64,000 nucleotides of DNA. Source: the human T2T-CHM13v2.0 reference genome, Homo sapiens. Positions 1 to 13,956 of this stretch are shown here, piece after piece. Both the position numbers and the translations under genes were made by a program. The stretch lies in the NCBI RefSeq assembly GCF_009914755.1, contig NC_060941.1. One strand, given 5' to 3'. Within the stretch, counting starts at the first letter, position 1. The number at the start of each line of letters is the position of its first letter. Under the pieces are notes generated by a model. The model saw only the letters and a list, made by a program, of their open reading frames with translations, ran no database searches and was not told where the DNA came from.

Positions 1-137
1 GATGCTGACCTACATTCTTCCTTTTGAAGGTGATGGAGTGTGTGTCTATATCCTGGTTTATCTCTCTCCCCCACCCCAAGGAAGCTGATTAAGCTTCCAT
101 AGAGTGTTGGGTATTGCCATGGAAAGAGCATAGACAA

Positions 138-143
138 AATAAA
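138..143 (+). terminator. AATAAA poly(A) signal, probably the distal 3' end of the upstream neighbouring gene (CDC6 by synteny)
   Basis: AATAAA followed by TGTGTGTTT; assignment to CDC6 rests on known gene order, no CDC6 coding sequence is visible. Confidence 0.4.
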
Positions 144-237
144 TTGTGTGTTTCAACCCCAGAGCTGCCACAGATGTTTCTGGCTCAATGGAGACTTGCC
201 TGTGGCTAGCTAACTCTGCAAGAATGTGTGAGGTCCA

Positions 238-853
<616 letters not shown>

Positions 854-942
854 TCAAAAAGTTGGCAGAGCCTTATTCTCTCTGCGCCCCCCCTTTTGCA
901 TTGCTCCCTACCTTTACTAAGTGTCCCTTTGAATATACATCA

Positions 943-1250
943 AGCCAGGTGTGGTGGCTCATGCCTGTAATGCCAACACTTTGGGAGGAGGCAGCAGCGG
1001 GAGGATTACTTGAAGTCAGGAGCTTGAGACCAGCTTGGGCAATATAGTGAGACCCCCTTACCCTTCTCTACCAAAAAAATCTTAAAAATCAGCTGGGCAT
1101 GGTGGCATGCACCTGTAGTCCTAGCTACTTGGGAAGCTGAGATGGGAGGATGCTTTGAGCCCAGGAGTTCAACTCGGCATGGGCTATGATCACACCACTG
1201 CATTACATCCTGGGTGACAGAGCGAGACCCTGTCTCTATAAAAGACAGAA
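943..1250 (+). mobile_element. Alu (old, AluJ-like)
   Basis: Diverged Alu dimer with GAGCCCAGGAGTTC right arm. Confidence 0.9.
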
Positions 1251-1300
1251 AGCAGATACACCAATAAGAATGAGAAGTTGGGAATAAGATGTGACTTAGG

Positions 1301-1412
1301 TTTTATATATATATTATATACATATTATATATATTTTATATATAATGTATATTATATATAATATACATATTATATATTATATACATATTATTTATATATA
1401 TATATATATATA
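1301..1412. repeat. Imperfect (TA)n/AT-rich microsatellite
   Basis: About 110 bp almost entirely A/T, abutting an Alu tail. Confidence 0.9.
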
Positions 1413-1698
1413 TTTTTTTTTTAGATGGTGTCTTGCTCTGTCACCCAGGCTGGAGCAGTGGCGCGATCTCTGTTCACTGCAAGCTCCGCCTCCCGGGTTC
1501 ACACCATTCTCCTGCCTCATCCTGAGTAGCTGGGATTACAGGCACCCGCCACCATGCCCGGCTAATTTTTTTGTATTTTTAGTAAAGACGGGGTTTCACT
1601 GTGTTAGCCAGGATGATCTCGATCTCTTGACCTCGTGATCCGCCCGCCTCGGCCTCCCAAAGTGCTGGGATTAGAGGCTTGAGCCACCATGCCTGGCC
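1413..1698 (-). mobile_element. Alu (AluY-like)
   Basis: CACTGCAAGCTCCGCC and GTGTTAGCCAGGATG diagnostic positions. Confidence 0.92.
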
Positions 1699-4672
1699 GG
1701 TTATATATTTTTTAAATATCTTGAGACGTGTTACCTTGACTGCTGAGGGAGGACAAAAGAGATCCAAGATTGAAATTTTATTTACATTTGTATCTGTGCC
1801 TAGCAATTAGTATAGTGCCTAATACCTGGTAGGTACTCAATAGTTGTTTAACAGATAAGTGAACCAAATAAGATACTGCCTTTCCCTCAGTGGTGAGAAC
1901 AGTTCTAAGCTGAAGGTAAACGTTGGTGGTACTTTTGCACAGAGGTGGAGCAGGCCCCTGCATAAGAAGGGTGCTCTGTCTTACAAAATGTGTCTTGGCA
2001 CAGTTTTGGAGCATTTATTAGCCTCACAGATGCATTCCAATCACTCCCTCTGATGTAGTGGCATTTTGCTTGAGGCAACTTCCATGTTGCTGGTGGGACG
2101 CTTTGGCTATGAGGGGAAGAGTCTTATCTACAGGCTGTGAAGAGGGCTGCCTGTCTGGATGTCACTCAGTGTGGCTAGATTGGCCAGAAGCTGGGTCTGT
2201 AGGCAAGGGTTTAGGGAGGAGCCCACCTTTGATGTCCCTCTTTTTAACTTGGGGCAAGTTGTGATCTCAGGTTCTTCCTGAAAAGATAAGGTACTTTCTA
2301 AGATACCTTCTCTTAAGCTACAAACAGTGCAGGTCTTCCTCTTAGAAGAGGTGTGTTCCGTAAGGGGAGAAGGTGTGCCCTCTGGCCTCCCCTTGATTTT
2401 CAACCCCAGCCCCAAGGCACTGGTAGTGGAAGTTAATTGGGTGCAAGGGGCTTGGGTAAAGGCTGAAGACTGGTGAAAGGAGAGAGCCAGCTTCGTTTTT
2501 TAAAAAGCTCTAATTGAGTTCTGAATCAGCCTCACTCCCTTTGATCCCTCCTCTGTTTCCCACACTGCCTGAAAGAGCTAGATCAGCACTTTATAACAAG
2601 GGTGCGCCTGCTCCCCGCACCGCCCCCCGCTCCTGACGCTCTCTGCTGCCGCCATCCACTGCTTGTCTCCTTCAGTTAAGATAATGAAGATGCTGAGAGA
2701 TAAAATGTGTATTTAATAAGGGTGGGGGTAGGGAGGCGGAAAGGGGCAACCAGGGCCTTCCCTAGTTTGGGGCCTCGCCAAGACTTAAGCTGAAAGCAAA
2801 GCTAGAGTAAGACTTGGCCCCAGGGTGTGGGGGTTTCTGGGCCTCAATCCAGCTGACTTCACTGCCTGCTGTTTGCCCTAAATTCCCCCACCTCCACCCT
2901 CTCACCCCCACACTGCTTTCTTCTTGCTCCCAATGGGAAAAAGGACTCTTGCTTCAACTTTCTTTTCAGCTGGTAACTTGGCCTTTGGTGCGGTGCCCCC
3001 CACCCCAGTGTCAGCTGCAAGGTCGGGCTAGGGCAGCCCCCTCTAGCCTAGGCCTGTAGAAGCTGTGGGTTCACAGTGGGGGGTGAAAAAGCTGGAGTTA
3101 ATGAAGACCAGCTGCTAGTCTGGGTTCTGCCTACAGCTAGCTGGAGGCCAGCCTTTGGTGGTGGTTGATGGGGGGGTGGGGTGACCTCCATCCATGGGCA
3201 CAAGGATATCCTGTGGCAGCTAGGCTTGTGCTTCTCTCTGAGCTTAGTTTTATCCTTAGTTTATAAGAGAGTATCTGTTTCCTTCCCCTACTCCTCTCCT
3301 CCCCAAATAACACTCAGCTCTTATTGAACTTTATAACTGTAGTGGTGGCCCAGCTGAGATCTGAGGATCTCCAAACCCTTTTGTAAACACTCATTAACTG
3401 CCTGGGAAGAACGAAGAGCCCTGTTTAACAGCTGGGAGAGAACTGAGGCACATTAGGGTGAAAGGTTTGACCTAAACTCACCCCATGGACTCCACCCTGG
3501 GGCCTTCCATCCTTAGTCCAGCTCCTTTACTCAGTTCTTCCTGCAAGACAGAGGTGGAGGCATTGCTGGTGTCTTCTCCCCTTCTAGGGAGAGGCCATGC
3601 CCTCTCCCCTCAAGTCTGTCGCTGACTTCCTCTGGCCCTTCCCCTCATGACGTTTTCCCTGCTCTGCTGCTAGAGATATGTGCAACTCTCCTTGCAAAAT
3701 GTTCTCAATCCACAACTTCAGAATTCTTATCCAGCTTTCTCTTGCCCATCTAGCCCACCAAACCTGAATTCTCCCTTTTGAGCTACTGAGAAGACTGGCT
3801 ATACTAAACTGAATCAGTGACCTTGAAGTTGATCTGTTGTATTGAGGTCCCTCTGCCCCTATATTTATCCTAAATGGTATCTAGGAAAATATTCTCTCTT
3901 TAACTTGTTTATTCTGGTCATAAAGATTCGGGACATTACTGAGGGCTGGGTAGGGGCACTAGTTGACCTCTAGGTTCTACGTCCTGTTCTTCCACTGACA
4001 ATTACCATTTCCAGTAATAGGTGTAACCCAAAGTTCTTTTTTGTTTTTTTCTCCTTCCCTAACCCCACCTGTTTATACTCTTGCCTATATATGTGTATTT
4101 GCAGACCCCACACATTCCCAGATACACATACATTGGTCCTACATGTTTCCCCTGTTTCCAGCTGCCATCTAAGTGAGCCTGCACTTTTTACATGCTGAAA
4201 ATCTTTTTTCACCCTCTATGGCCTCCTAGGTCCTTGGGAATAATTGGGAGGGATGAAGGGACTCCTGCAGTCCATGAGGAAGAGGACAGAAGTGAGCGCC
4301 CAACCAAAATGAATGCTCCCTTTCCAAAATCTCTAGCTGAATGCCTTAGCAGGAGTGGCAGGGAAAGAGATCTTAACCCCACCTCCAGCACCAAAACCTA
4401 AATCCATCTGCTCAGGGCAGGCAGGAAGAAATGTCTATTTTCTCCTGTTTCAGGTCATCCTATCCTCGAGTTATCCATATGCTGTGTATTTGAGACAGGG
4501 AACTGTTCCTGTCCCCAGCCGATGACCAGACGCCCATCTTTCTTCCAGTGGGTTACTTCTCCCCCATCAGTCCTTCGCTCTGCGCCCGCTGACCCAGTCG
4601 GGGCTGGCTGGTGGAAGAGGGCGGGGAGAGCCTTCTAGTTGGCGAGTGGGCTTTAGGACCCAACGGGAACCC

Positions 4673-4788
4673 GTGCCTCTTGCAGCAGCCTAACCCAGAA
4701 GCAGGGGGGAATCCTGAATCGAGCTGAGAGGGCTTCCCCGGTTCTCCTGGGAACCCCATCGGCCCCCTGCCAGCACACACCTGAGCAG
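4673..4788 (+). other. RARA: RARA distal alternative non-coding first exon (5' end approximate)
   Basis: CpG-enriched patch ending in donor CAG|GTAGGA at 4788/4789; ~9 kb upstream of P1, consistent with the known upstream RARA transcript start. Confidence 0.65.
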
Positions 4789-6139
4789 GTAGGACCATGC
4801 ACACCCCTTCCCAATTCTTTGGCCGCCTTTGACCCCGGCCTCTGCTTCTGATCTAGCCATTTCCTTCTCGCCAGTTCTGGCTTTCCCCATCCCTCCTCTC
4901 CCGTCGCTCACTGTAGTCCTGGGAGGTGGGAGCCTGGGAACAGTGGGGTGTCTGAAAGCTCAGAGCCCTCTGCACCCTCCAGCACCCTTCCTGCATTTCT
5001 CCTGAGGCAGTTCCCGTTCTCTAGATAAGAGTGGGGAGTAGGGGGAAGGTCTGCCCAGGCCCCACGCCCTTGCACCCTCCTTTGCGGTATTGCCTAATAC
5101 CCCTTCCCCCACCTCACCTAGACTGGAGAATTGGCAAGTGCTGAGGTAACAGAGAGAGGAGAGAGCCAGAGAGGGACCTGAGCTTTCCCAAGGGATTTCT
5201 TTCTTGCTTCCTCACCCAAAGAGCTCAGGACTTTGCCCCTACTCCCTACACACCTTGTAGGGGAACTAATGTCCCCTTCCAGGTTCATCTCACACTTGGG
5301 TGGCTAAAGGCTTTGCTAGAGGGTAGTGGAGGTTGTGAGCATTTTGGTGAGCTTTTCCTCTAGGAAAGTTCTTTCAGCTTAGAGCCCCCATCCATGTCAA
5401 CATTTCAACACCTGCTGCAGAAGCCCCCCGACCCCACCTGTGTGTGTGTGTGTGTAGGGACAATGTGGTTGTAAGATCTAGAAGCTTTGGATAGAGGTGG
5501 CTGCATGCATTGAAGGGGAGGGATACCAGAGTGTGGCCCAGGCCAGAACAGGCTCAGTCCAGATGGCTAGGGAAGGGGGTGTGGACCAGATTGAGGAGGT
5601 CACCCAGCCTTGCCAGCTCCCTGAGCTTCTTGGCTTTCAGAATCTCAGGCTCCTGGTGTTTCTCTAGAGCTACAAGGTCCCCAAGCTTCTGCCCCGCTAC
5701 AGGCTCTCTGGGAGAGGGCTAGATGGCACCTACTGTTTACAGTGGCTTATTTTTCTCTCCTGTGGTGGGCAGACAGGCCCTGCTCTCTGAAGATCTAGGG
5801 CGTGTCATTCTGGTTTGGTGGGTTTACAGGAAGGGTGTACACCTTGTCTGACTTACCATGTGTGAGTGTGTGTCTTGCTTCTGGGGGTAGTAGACTGGGG
5901 AGGGGGGTGATAGAAGAGACTGGTCACACTGAGGGAACTCCTCTAGCAATCAATGTATGATAGGAATGGGTGGCATGTCCCCATCTGGTAGCTCTGTCTA
6001 GGTGTGGGGTGTGCTCTGCATTCTTCCATGGCTCCCCGGGTCCCCTAAAGGTTGGTTTTAGAGGACAGGGTGGATAATGAATTGGCTTCAGACTTCGTTC
6101 TGGTCTTGATCCAACAAGGAAAGTAGAGATTCTGACTGT

Positions 6140-6340
6140 GAGCAGTGAACTAGGAATCAGAGGCCTGAACTGGAGACTTAGACTGGTTACTTAACTATAT
6201 GTGTTTATATAGGTCTTCCCCTTTGCTAAGCCTTAGTTTCTCCATTTGTAAAAATGGCTATCAGTAGCAAGCAGGGACATTGCCACTAAAACCACAGAGA
6301 CAATGTATCGTAAAGCTCACTGCAAACGGTAGTAATGGCT
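6140..6340 (+). mobile_element. MIR fragment
   Basis: CCTTAGTTTCTCCATTTGTAAAATGG MIR core. Confidence 0.7.
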
Positions 6341-8249
6341 GGGGGAATCTAGGATGGAATCCTCTTCCTAAATCTAGGTCAATCTCTCCGCCTTTAGTTT
6401 TCTTCCCCCATCCTTTGCCCATCTGGGGGATGGAGGAACTAGGCAGGGCTATTGCCCCGGTTACTGCAGAATTCCCCTAATGCAGGTTGTAGCTGTTACC
6501 AGAGCACCTGTGGTCACAGAGTACAGATCTCTCCACCAGGCATTTCTTCCTCTGGGGCCCCATACTTGCTCCCCTGAGCCATGTCTCCACCTTCCTTCTG
6601 CCATCCCTGCTTGGCGTCCTTGTCTCTCTCTCCCCTGCCCAGTGGCCTCCTTGTCTGGCTCACTGGGCAGGAGCCCTAATCGGATTCGACAGCTGAGATA
6701 TGTGTGGCGGCTAAGAGCAGGCAGGAGGGAAGCCAGTGGGAGGATGGTATGAGGACTGCCCCTGGCACTGCCCCGGCCTCCCAAGCACCACCTTGGGCCT
6801 GCTGATTTCTTACTTGGCTTGGCCCCAAGGAAGGGGTGCCAGAGGAAGCTCAGGAATGAACAGGCTGGGGTCTGGAGACTAGGAGAGGAGGAAACACACC
6901 AAGGTCCTCAGGACCTGGTTGATATTCGATGACCTTAATGTCAGTGTCACTGACTCTGACAAGGAGGAAAGGACAGCGATGAGCCAGGCTGACCCCCGCC
7001 ACCCCATTCCCATAGCCCCACTTTCTTCTCTCTTCTTGTTCAGAAATGTTTCACTTTGCCTCATCTAGCCCCTTTGGCCAGTAGGTCACATCTGGGAGCT
7101 TCTGGGGGTGCCACATGTCTGCCTCAATCTGGGCTGTTTCCTCCCCTCCAAGATATTTCACTGTCTCTGGGCTGGGCGCCAGGACTCCTGGGTTTCCCTG
7201 CCTGTGGTGCAGGGCTCCCCTGCAGGGCTCCAGAGAGTCGCTTAGCTGGTTTCCTTCCTCCTTTGTGGGGAGGGCCTTCCCCTAGGGCTGGGAGGTGTCA
7301 GGAATCCCAGGTGGGACAGGGGTGGGGGCACAGTAGCCTCTGGCACTGTAGCACCCCAGCTTCTCCCTCCTAGCCTCTGACTCAGCTTGGGGGCAGCACA
7401 TGCCCAGCCTGGCAGGCATGGCCTATTCTTGCCTCCAGGCTTCTCTCTTTACAGAAGCCTACATCTCCTGCTCTCATTTTTTAGTTTTTTTCCCCATGAT
7501 ATCTGCAGGTGGCTAGTGAAATCCCTGGTTTTGGGGAGCAAGGGACTAACATAATTGAGGCTGGGGCACTATTTTGTCTTCCCTCCAGTTGGGCCAGGAT
7601 GAAGGAGACTGTCACAAACTTCCCCAAGCCAATTCCTTCTGCCCTCAAAAGACCAGTCAGTGGAGCCAGGCCCTGCCCTTTGGGTGCCCACAATGTGGTT
7701 GGCACTGATTTGTCAGAAATTGGGAAGGTTTCCCTCTAGACCGCTTGCCTCCTTTCTCCTCCTCCCGCAGGGTAGGGGCAGCTCTGTGATTGCAGGCACT
7801 TATGGGCAGGCCTCCCCCTAGGAAAGGGGTGTGGGATGCCCCCAGGATGGCCAAGTTGGCGCTAGCCCCAGGCTGGAGTGCTGGACATGATTCTGACCTG
7901 GGAGTTAGTGGGGGTAAGGCAGGGCATGGGCCTCCCTGCCCCCCTCATTTCCTGCTCTTTGGGCAGCTGTGGGCGAGAAAGGCTGCAGGGACTATTTTTA
8001 GTTGGTCAGTCCCCTGGCAGGAGGGACGTGCAGAAAAGCACGGGGCAGGCAGAGGGGCTGGCCAAGGTGAGGGTAAGCAGGCAGGCAGAGGAGTGAGGAA
8101 GGGCCAGAGGGGCAGAAGACAGCAAGGAGGCATGGGGAGCAGGGGCAGGACCTTACCCAGAGGGGCATGACCCAGGTAGATGGGCCGGGCTGGACTGGGT
8201 GGAAGAGTCCTGGCACCCTACAGGGTTTTCTTTATCCAGCTGGACTCAG

Positions 8250-8400
8250 AGCTGGAAGGGGTTTTAGAGGCTACCTAGGCAATCCCTTCCCCTTGCAGAG
8301 AAGGAAACTGAGGCCTAGAGAGAACACTCAATCAGTCATTGGCTGTGTTGAGACCTGAACCCAGGCCCTCCCTTTGCACCATTTTTCTGTTGTCATGGTT
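8250..8400 (-). mobile_element. MIR fragment
   Basis: CAGAGAAGGAAACTGAGGCCTAGAGAG MIR core. Confidence 0.65.
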
Positions 8401-10595
8401 CCTCACCACAGCTCAGTGTGCTTCCCTTCCCTACTGCAGCAAGGAGGACCACGAGCCAGGCACACCTGGTCCATTTTCCCATCTGCTTTTTTGTGCAGGG
8501 TCTCTGAAAATCCCAGCTTGGTTTGTTTATAAGTCTCCATGTGGAAAGAGTCTGTGTCCAGGCTAGAAGGAGGTCAGAGTTGGGTTTGTTTGGGTGGCCT
8601 GTGGCCACTGGTGTGAATGGAGCTGCTGGACAGGCTCCAGCAGGCTCACAGGCTGGTGAGCTGTGGGGCTAGGAGACACCTTACAGAAGGGACGTCCAGA
8701 CTCCCCAGAGCCCTTTGTGAGCCCTCCTCCTGCCCTGCCCAGGACCTGTGGGTCATGGTGGTTGTTTGCCCATCTCCCCAACAAAAGAAGGGAGCAGGGC
8801 TGAGGAGTGGGGAGATTACTACTGGCTTCTGATCGCTAGTCAGAAGGAGGCCCCCTCTGAGGCCTGGAGGCAGGGAAAGTTGGGGCAAGTTGGGGTGTGT
8901 ATGGGGAGAAAACTCAATGGAGAATTGTGGTCCCTCAGAATTCAGTCTGCTTTCTGTCTTCTGCCTCAGGCTCTCCCCACAGGCCACCATGCTGCACAGC
9001 TGCAGGGGGAACCATTCCATAGACTATGATGTGAATGGCACCCCCTGGGGTTGTTCAAGGCCCTGCCTGTGTAGCCACACGTGGTGCATCTGTCTCCCAC
9101 CTTCTTCCTTCAAATTAGTTCAGACCCACCTGGAAGGAGGTGTTCCAGACAGGCCTTAATCCAACACCCTCTCCCCTACCCTGCCTCATGCCACTCAACA
9201 TCTCCTATTCCTCTGCTGCCCACCCCCAACGCACCAAGCAAGTCATGGTGCACCACCAATTGTGGTTCAGGAGCCCCTCCCCTTCTCTCTACGCAGTTTC
9301 TGTGTCTCTTGGGGGCTGATTTATCATACCCCCCATCAAGCCTACTGCAGTGTGTGAGAAATCAATAGTGCAAATGGATTGAGGCTGTTTAGCCTGTCAA
9401 CTCTCCTTGGGCCCCACCAACTCTTCTGGGACTTGCGGAGTTGCTCAGTCCCCTTCTGGCTCAACATACACATATTTAGTGGTTGTAGCCAGAGCACTGA
9501 GCACAGGAATTATTCTTTCTGTTGGTCTCTGTCTCATTCTCTCTCATATACTAGGCTGGTCTTAACATGACAAATACTCTTGAACATTTATTTTCTAGCT
9601 TGGGTGGACGGGCTTAAAGGGCAGTAGGCTGCCAGCCAGAGGTAGGGAGGGAGGCAGGTGGGTGAGGGATATGGCGGGTGGAGGGGTGGGGTGGGGGTGG
9701 GGACGAGCTGGGGAAGGGATTGGGTGACAGCCCACCCCATCAGCTCTGGTAACTCAATCCCTGCACCCCACCCTCCCAATTTCCCTCCTGCTCAACAACT
9801 TCAGCAGCTGCTGGCAGAAGCAAGGCTGGCAGAAGTGTGTTTGAGTGCATGTGTATATGAGGGGAGAGGGTGAGAGGGGCTGTGGGGGCAGGGAGTGCTG
9901 CCAGGACATGTTAAAGGAGACTCACAGCCTGGGTACAACTTGGGTGGCAGGAGGAGGTGGGGCAGGTGGGAGAGTGGGTGGTGAGTGATGGGCAGGCTGC
10001 AGTGGGGGCAGGGCAGCACAGGGGTCTCACAAAACTTGTTGGCACTGGAGCGGGGCCTGGTGTGGTGGGGGTGGGCAGTGGTGAGGGGGCAGGGGCTGGC
10101 ACAGACATTGCTGGCCCCAGAATGCTGAGGCCCATTCTTTGCCAGGGGGCGCATGTAACCATGGAGGGACAGTCTGCCCCTGTCTGCAATCCTTGGGCTG
10201 TGCCTGCTGGGCATCACAGTCTTGGTGGTGACTAAGTCACTTCTGTCCTGGGGCTGGCAAGGTGCCAGGCTCAGCTCTTCTCGGTAGGTGAGTCACTGCC
10301 CTGGCATCTCCCCCGGATGCAGCTGAGTCACCCAGCCATGCCTGCTAGGCAGGTGGGCACCAGGCTTGTGGTGGGGGTGGAGGGCTATGTGTGCAGCCCC
10401 CAGTGTCTTCTCTGATCTCTCTCTGGCATGTCCTGGCCCCACCCATAAACCTGCAGAGCCAGGCAAGGATGGCGCTTCTCCCTTGTGATCCACTAAGGGG
10501 TGAAGGAAAAGGTAGCAGGGCACAGAGTGGAGTCATACATGTTTGATTTGGAGTAAGTAGGGGAGGAAAGAGTTGAGGAGGGAACATTGATTGGG

Positions 10596-10596
<1 letters not shown>

Positions 10597-10627
<31 letters not shown>

Positions 10628-10634
10628 GCTTATA

Positions 10635-10703
<69 letters not shown>

Positions 10704-10710
10704 GTATATA
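10597..10710. repeat. Compound (TA)n(CA)n microsatellite
   Basis: Long TA run followed by (CA)11. Confidence 0.95.
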
Positions 10711-10730
10711 TTTATTTATTTTAACAAAAA

Positions 10731-10855
10731 AGACACAGGGTCTTGCTATGTTGCCCAGACAGGTCTTGAACTCCTGGAGTCAAGCAACTCCTGGCGTCCC
10801 ATCTTGGCCTCCCAAAGTGCTAGAATTAAAGGTGTGAGCCACCATACCTGGCCTG
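10731..10855 (-). mobile_element. Alu left monomer (FLAM-like) next to a MIR (10855-11000)
   Basis: Single left arm; followed by GGGTTTGAATCCCAGC...GAGCCTCAGTTTTTTCATCT MIR core. Confidence 0.8.
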
Positions 10856-13670
10856 GGTTTGAATCCCAGCCCTGCCATTGACAAGCTGTATGACGTTGAG
10901 GAAGGCAATTTTCTTTTTGAGCCTCAGTTTTTTCATCTCTACAATGGCAACAGGAGCCTGCCCCTTCAGGACTGTGAGAATCAAATGGAGTGGGACTATT
11001 AAGGTACTTGTGGGAGGAGCTCCTTTTGGGATGAGCTAGGAGGCTTGGGAGGGGAAGAGGAGTCAGCTGGAGCTGGTTCCAACAAACTCCCGCACCATGG
11101 TCTTGGAGGGCCAATTGCTTCTCATCATCTCTTCGGAGTATCACTTAATGCTGTTCTTCAGGAGTTTCCACAGGCTGTGAGAAGACAGCCTTGTTGTACT
11201 AGAAGTGTGGGCCCTCCTAGGGTGTCTCAGAGCTATATTTTATCTCTTTTGACTACTGAGAACTGCCACTGGCCCTGGTACCTGTCCAGACTCTCTTCCT
11301 TCACTTCCTCTAGTTTGAAGAGGGATGGGGCTCAGACTCCTCCCCCAGCCTATCTCCTGTGTGCAGGGAAACAGTAGGCCCCAAGGAGTGTCCTTCTTAG
11401 AGTGAGGCGCCCCGAGCCTGTGGCTTTTCTCTCTCTGCTAGTTTCCTGCTGCTCCCTGGGTACCCTTCTCTCCTCCTGCATCAGAGTCCCTGGTGGGAGG
11501 GGGTGGTGGAAGCCCTGTTATGAGCCCAGCATAGCTGGAGTTCAACTGCTGCTGCAGATTGAAGACTCCTGGTCCCCCACCTGGGGACCTCTCCTGCCTT
11601 CTGCAGTCAAGCTTGGGTAGGGCTGGGCCTTGGACAGGTGGTACTGGTTTCCCTGGACAGGAAGGAAATGCCCCAAAGATGTGCATGCTTTGTGTTTGTA
11701 CACACGGGTGCTGGTCTTGTTTGAGTGTCTGACCCCTGCGGGGGGTGGGTTTGTGTGTATGAATTTCTTCCCTCATCCACACATGGGGCTACTTCTGTGT
11801 CTGTGCAGAAGTGTGCCCCACCCTCTGCTTCATGCCCTTGTCTGTGCACAAATGTGTTTGGATGTACTTGTTCATGCGTGGATGTGCATACATGCGTCGG
11901 GGATGTACACATCCCTGCCCTGAATGTGCACGTGGAAATGCATTTGTACCAGGATGCCTGACCCTATGATGGCAGGTGTACCTGAAGGTCGTCCCACTTG
12001 GGAGGCAGTGTAGCTGTGTGCATGCATGCTTGCATTCTTGTGTCCATGAGCCTTCCCCTCCAGCCTCAAGGAAGGAAGACAGGTAGGATCTAGGTTGGGA
12101 GGTGTCCGTGGGCACTAGGGGCGGGCTGGCGCTGACTCCAGTCCTGGGCTGGTTCTCACCTGGGCAGAGCTCCCTGCTGTTGGCGGGGCTCAGGCTGGAA
12201 GGCCCTTGGGGGAGCGCGGCTGGGGGGTAAGGGGTTAAGCGGTGGCGTCCACATCTGGGAGCCATTGGCGCATTCCTGCCGGCTGAGCGCATGTTTGCGG
12301 ATGAATCTGGACAGGACAGGGCGGGAGGGGCTGGGCGGGAGGTTCGCACCGGCGGACGGAAATCCAGACGGGAGCGGGAGACAGCTCCGGCCCAGCAGGC
12401 GGGAAGGGGCCTGGGGAAGCGCGGCCCAGCACTGCTGGGGCAGTTTCCCGTGCGCCGGCCCTCAGGGCAAAGGGTCCCGCCATCCTGGCTTGTCCTACCT
12501 TACCATGGCTCTTGGGCTAAAGCCAGGGACAATCAGATACTTCAATTCTAGACCCGGCTCTGCAACCGGTGCGACTGTGCACAAAACCCAGTGCCTGCTC
12601 TTGGACTCTCTTTCCTTGTTTGTAAAGCGGGGTCCGTCGGACCAGTGGGTTTGAGAGCTCTGCCACCGGGTCAGGCTGAGAGTCTCCTCACTGGGCTGGA
12701 GGCCTGGGAGTGCAGCACTTCCCCTTCCAGTGGGAAGTTCTGTGGGGGCACTTGTGGCCACTTCTCTGCCTGGGAACAGGGCGAGAGGGGAGTATTCTAA
12801 GCAATTCTGCTTCCCCCTAAGCCCGCCAGTGGACTGCTAGCGATGGGGACAGGATCCTCCCAAACAGAGCTGCAGGCTGGGAGGGGGGTCATGACTGTAT
12901 TGGGGACTGGGGGTCTCTCAGATGGAGGGTGATTCAGATCCTGTCCAGCTGGAACATGAAAAAGAGCTTTCCTGGCTTCTCCAGACTTGTTCGGGAGAGA
13001 GAAGCTTGAGTGTGAGTCTTTGAGCACGGAGGGGTGCTCCTGGGCGCCCCTACTGGAAGATCCAAAAGTCTTGCCCTTTGAGGAGAAGAGTACTTTAAGG
13101 GGGCTGGGAGGGTTGGGTTGAGCCAGGGTTCCTAGGACCCACTGGAGCTGCAGAGGTGTTTGGGGAAAGAAGAGATATACTTGCGGGAGATCTACTCCTG
13201 GACTCTTTTTTTTTTTTTCTTTTTCTTGCAGCTGAGATAATTAAGATCCAGGGAAGGGAAGTGACTTGGTCAAGGTCACACAGCTCTCAGTTCCAGCTGG
13301 TCCCTAGAAGAGGATTATAATTATAGGATTCAGGGGCTTGACAGCTAGGGCAGGAGTCACCGCACTCACTTCCATATTACGCCGCCGCCTCACTTCTCAG
13401 ATTTAGGTGTGGGTGTGTGTGTGGTTGGGGGGAAAGGAGTGTAGGATACCACACGCTGCGGTCTTCTCCACCGAGCGCTATTTTCATTCTTTCCGCAGAA
13501 CCTCACCCCGTTCTTGCTCTGAATCTTCGGTTCTGGGTCTGAGGGAGGGATTCTCCCGGATTCCCACGGTCCAGTCTTCAACTAGGAGTGGCTCCTTTAA
13601 GACTCGCCCTTCCCGAGGTCTATTAAGGAGAGGCGGGGGCGGGCGTGAGCCTGTAGATCCGCCCCTGACT

Positions 13671-13691
13671 GGTGATTGGTCGGTGGGCGGG
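13671..13691 (+). promoter_or_regulatory. Half-ERE/Sp1 element GGTGA-N10-GGCGGG of the RARalpha1 promoter
   Basis: Motif seen ~80 bp upstream of the Inr; matches the described estrogen-responsive half-ERE/Sp1 module of RARA P1. Confidence 0.75.
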
Positions 13692-13752
13692 CAGGGGCGG
13701 GCCTGAGGGACAGGGCCTCCCCCTACCTCTGCTCCGTACCCTCCGCCCCTTC

Positions 13753-13956
13753 AGTCTGGGGCTCCGGGTAAAGTTTCAGCCTCCGCACGTGACTCGCTAT
13801 GGCCGCTGCCATCGCCCCGCGCCCCTGAGCCGCGGCCCCCTGGACGGCTCCTCTCCCGGGACCCCGCACCCTGATGCCGAGCAGCACCAGGGCGCCGGGT
13901 TAGGGCAGACGCTGTGCTCGCTGGCACCCCGAACGGGTTGCTTCCCCCGCTGCGAG
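13753..13956 (+). other. RARA: RARA exon 1 (non-coding, RARalpha1; TSS approximate)
   Basis: Runs from the Inr to donor GAG|GTAATT at 13956/13957. Confidence 0.85.
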
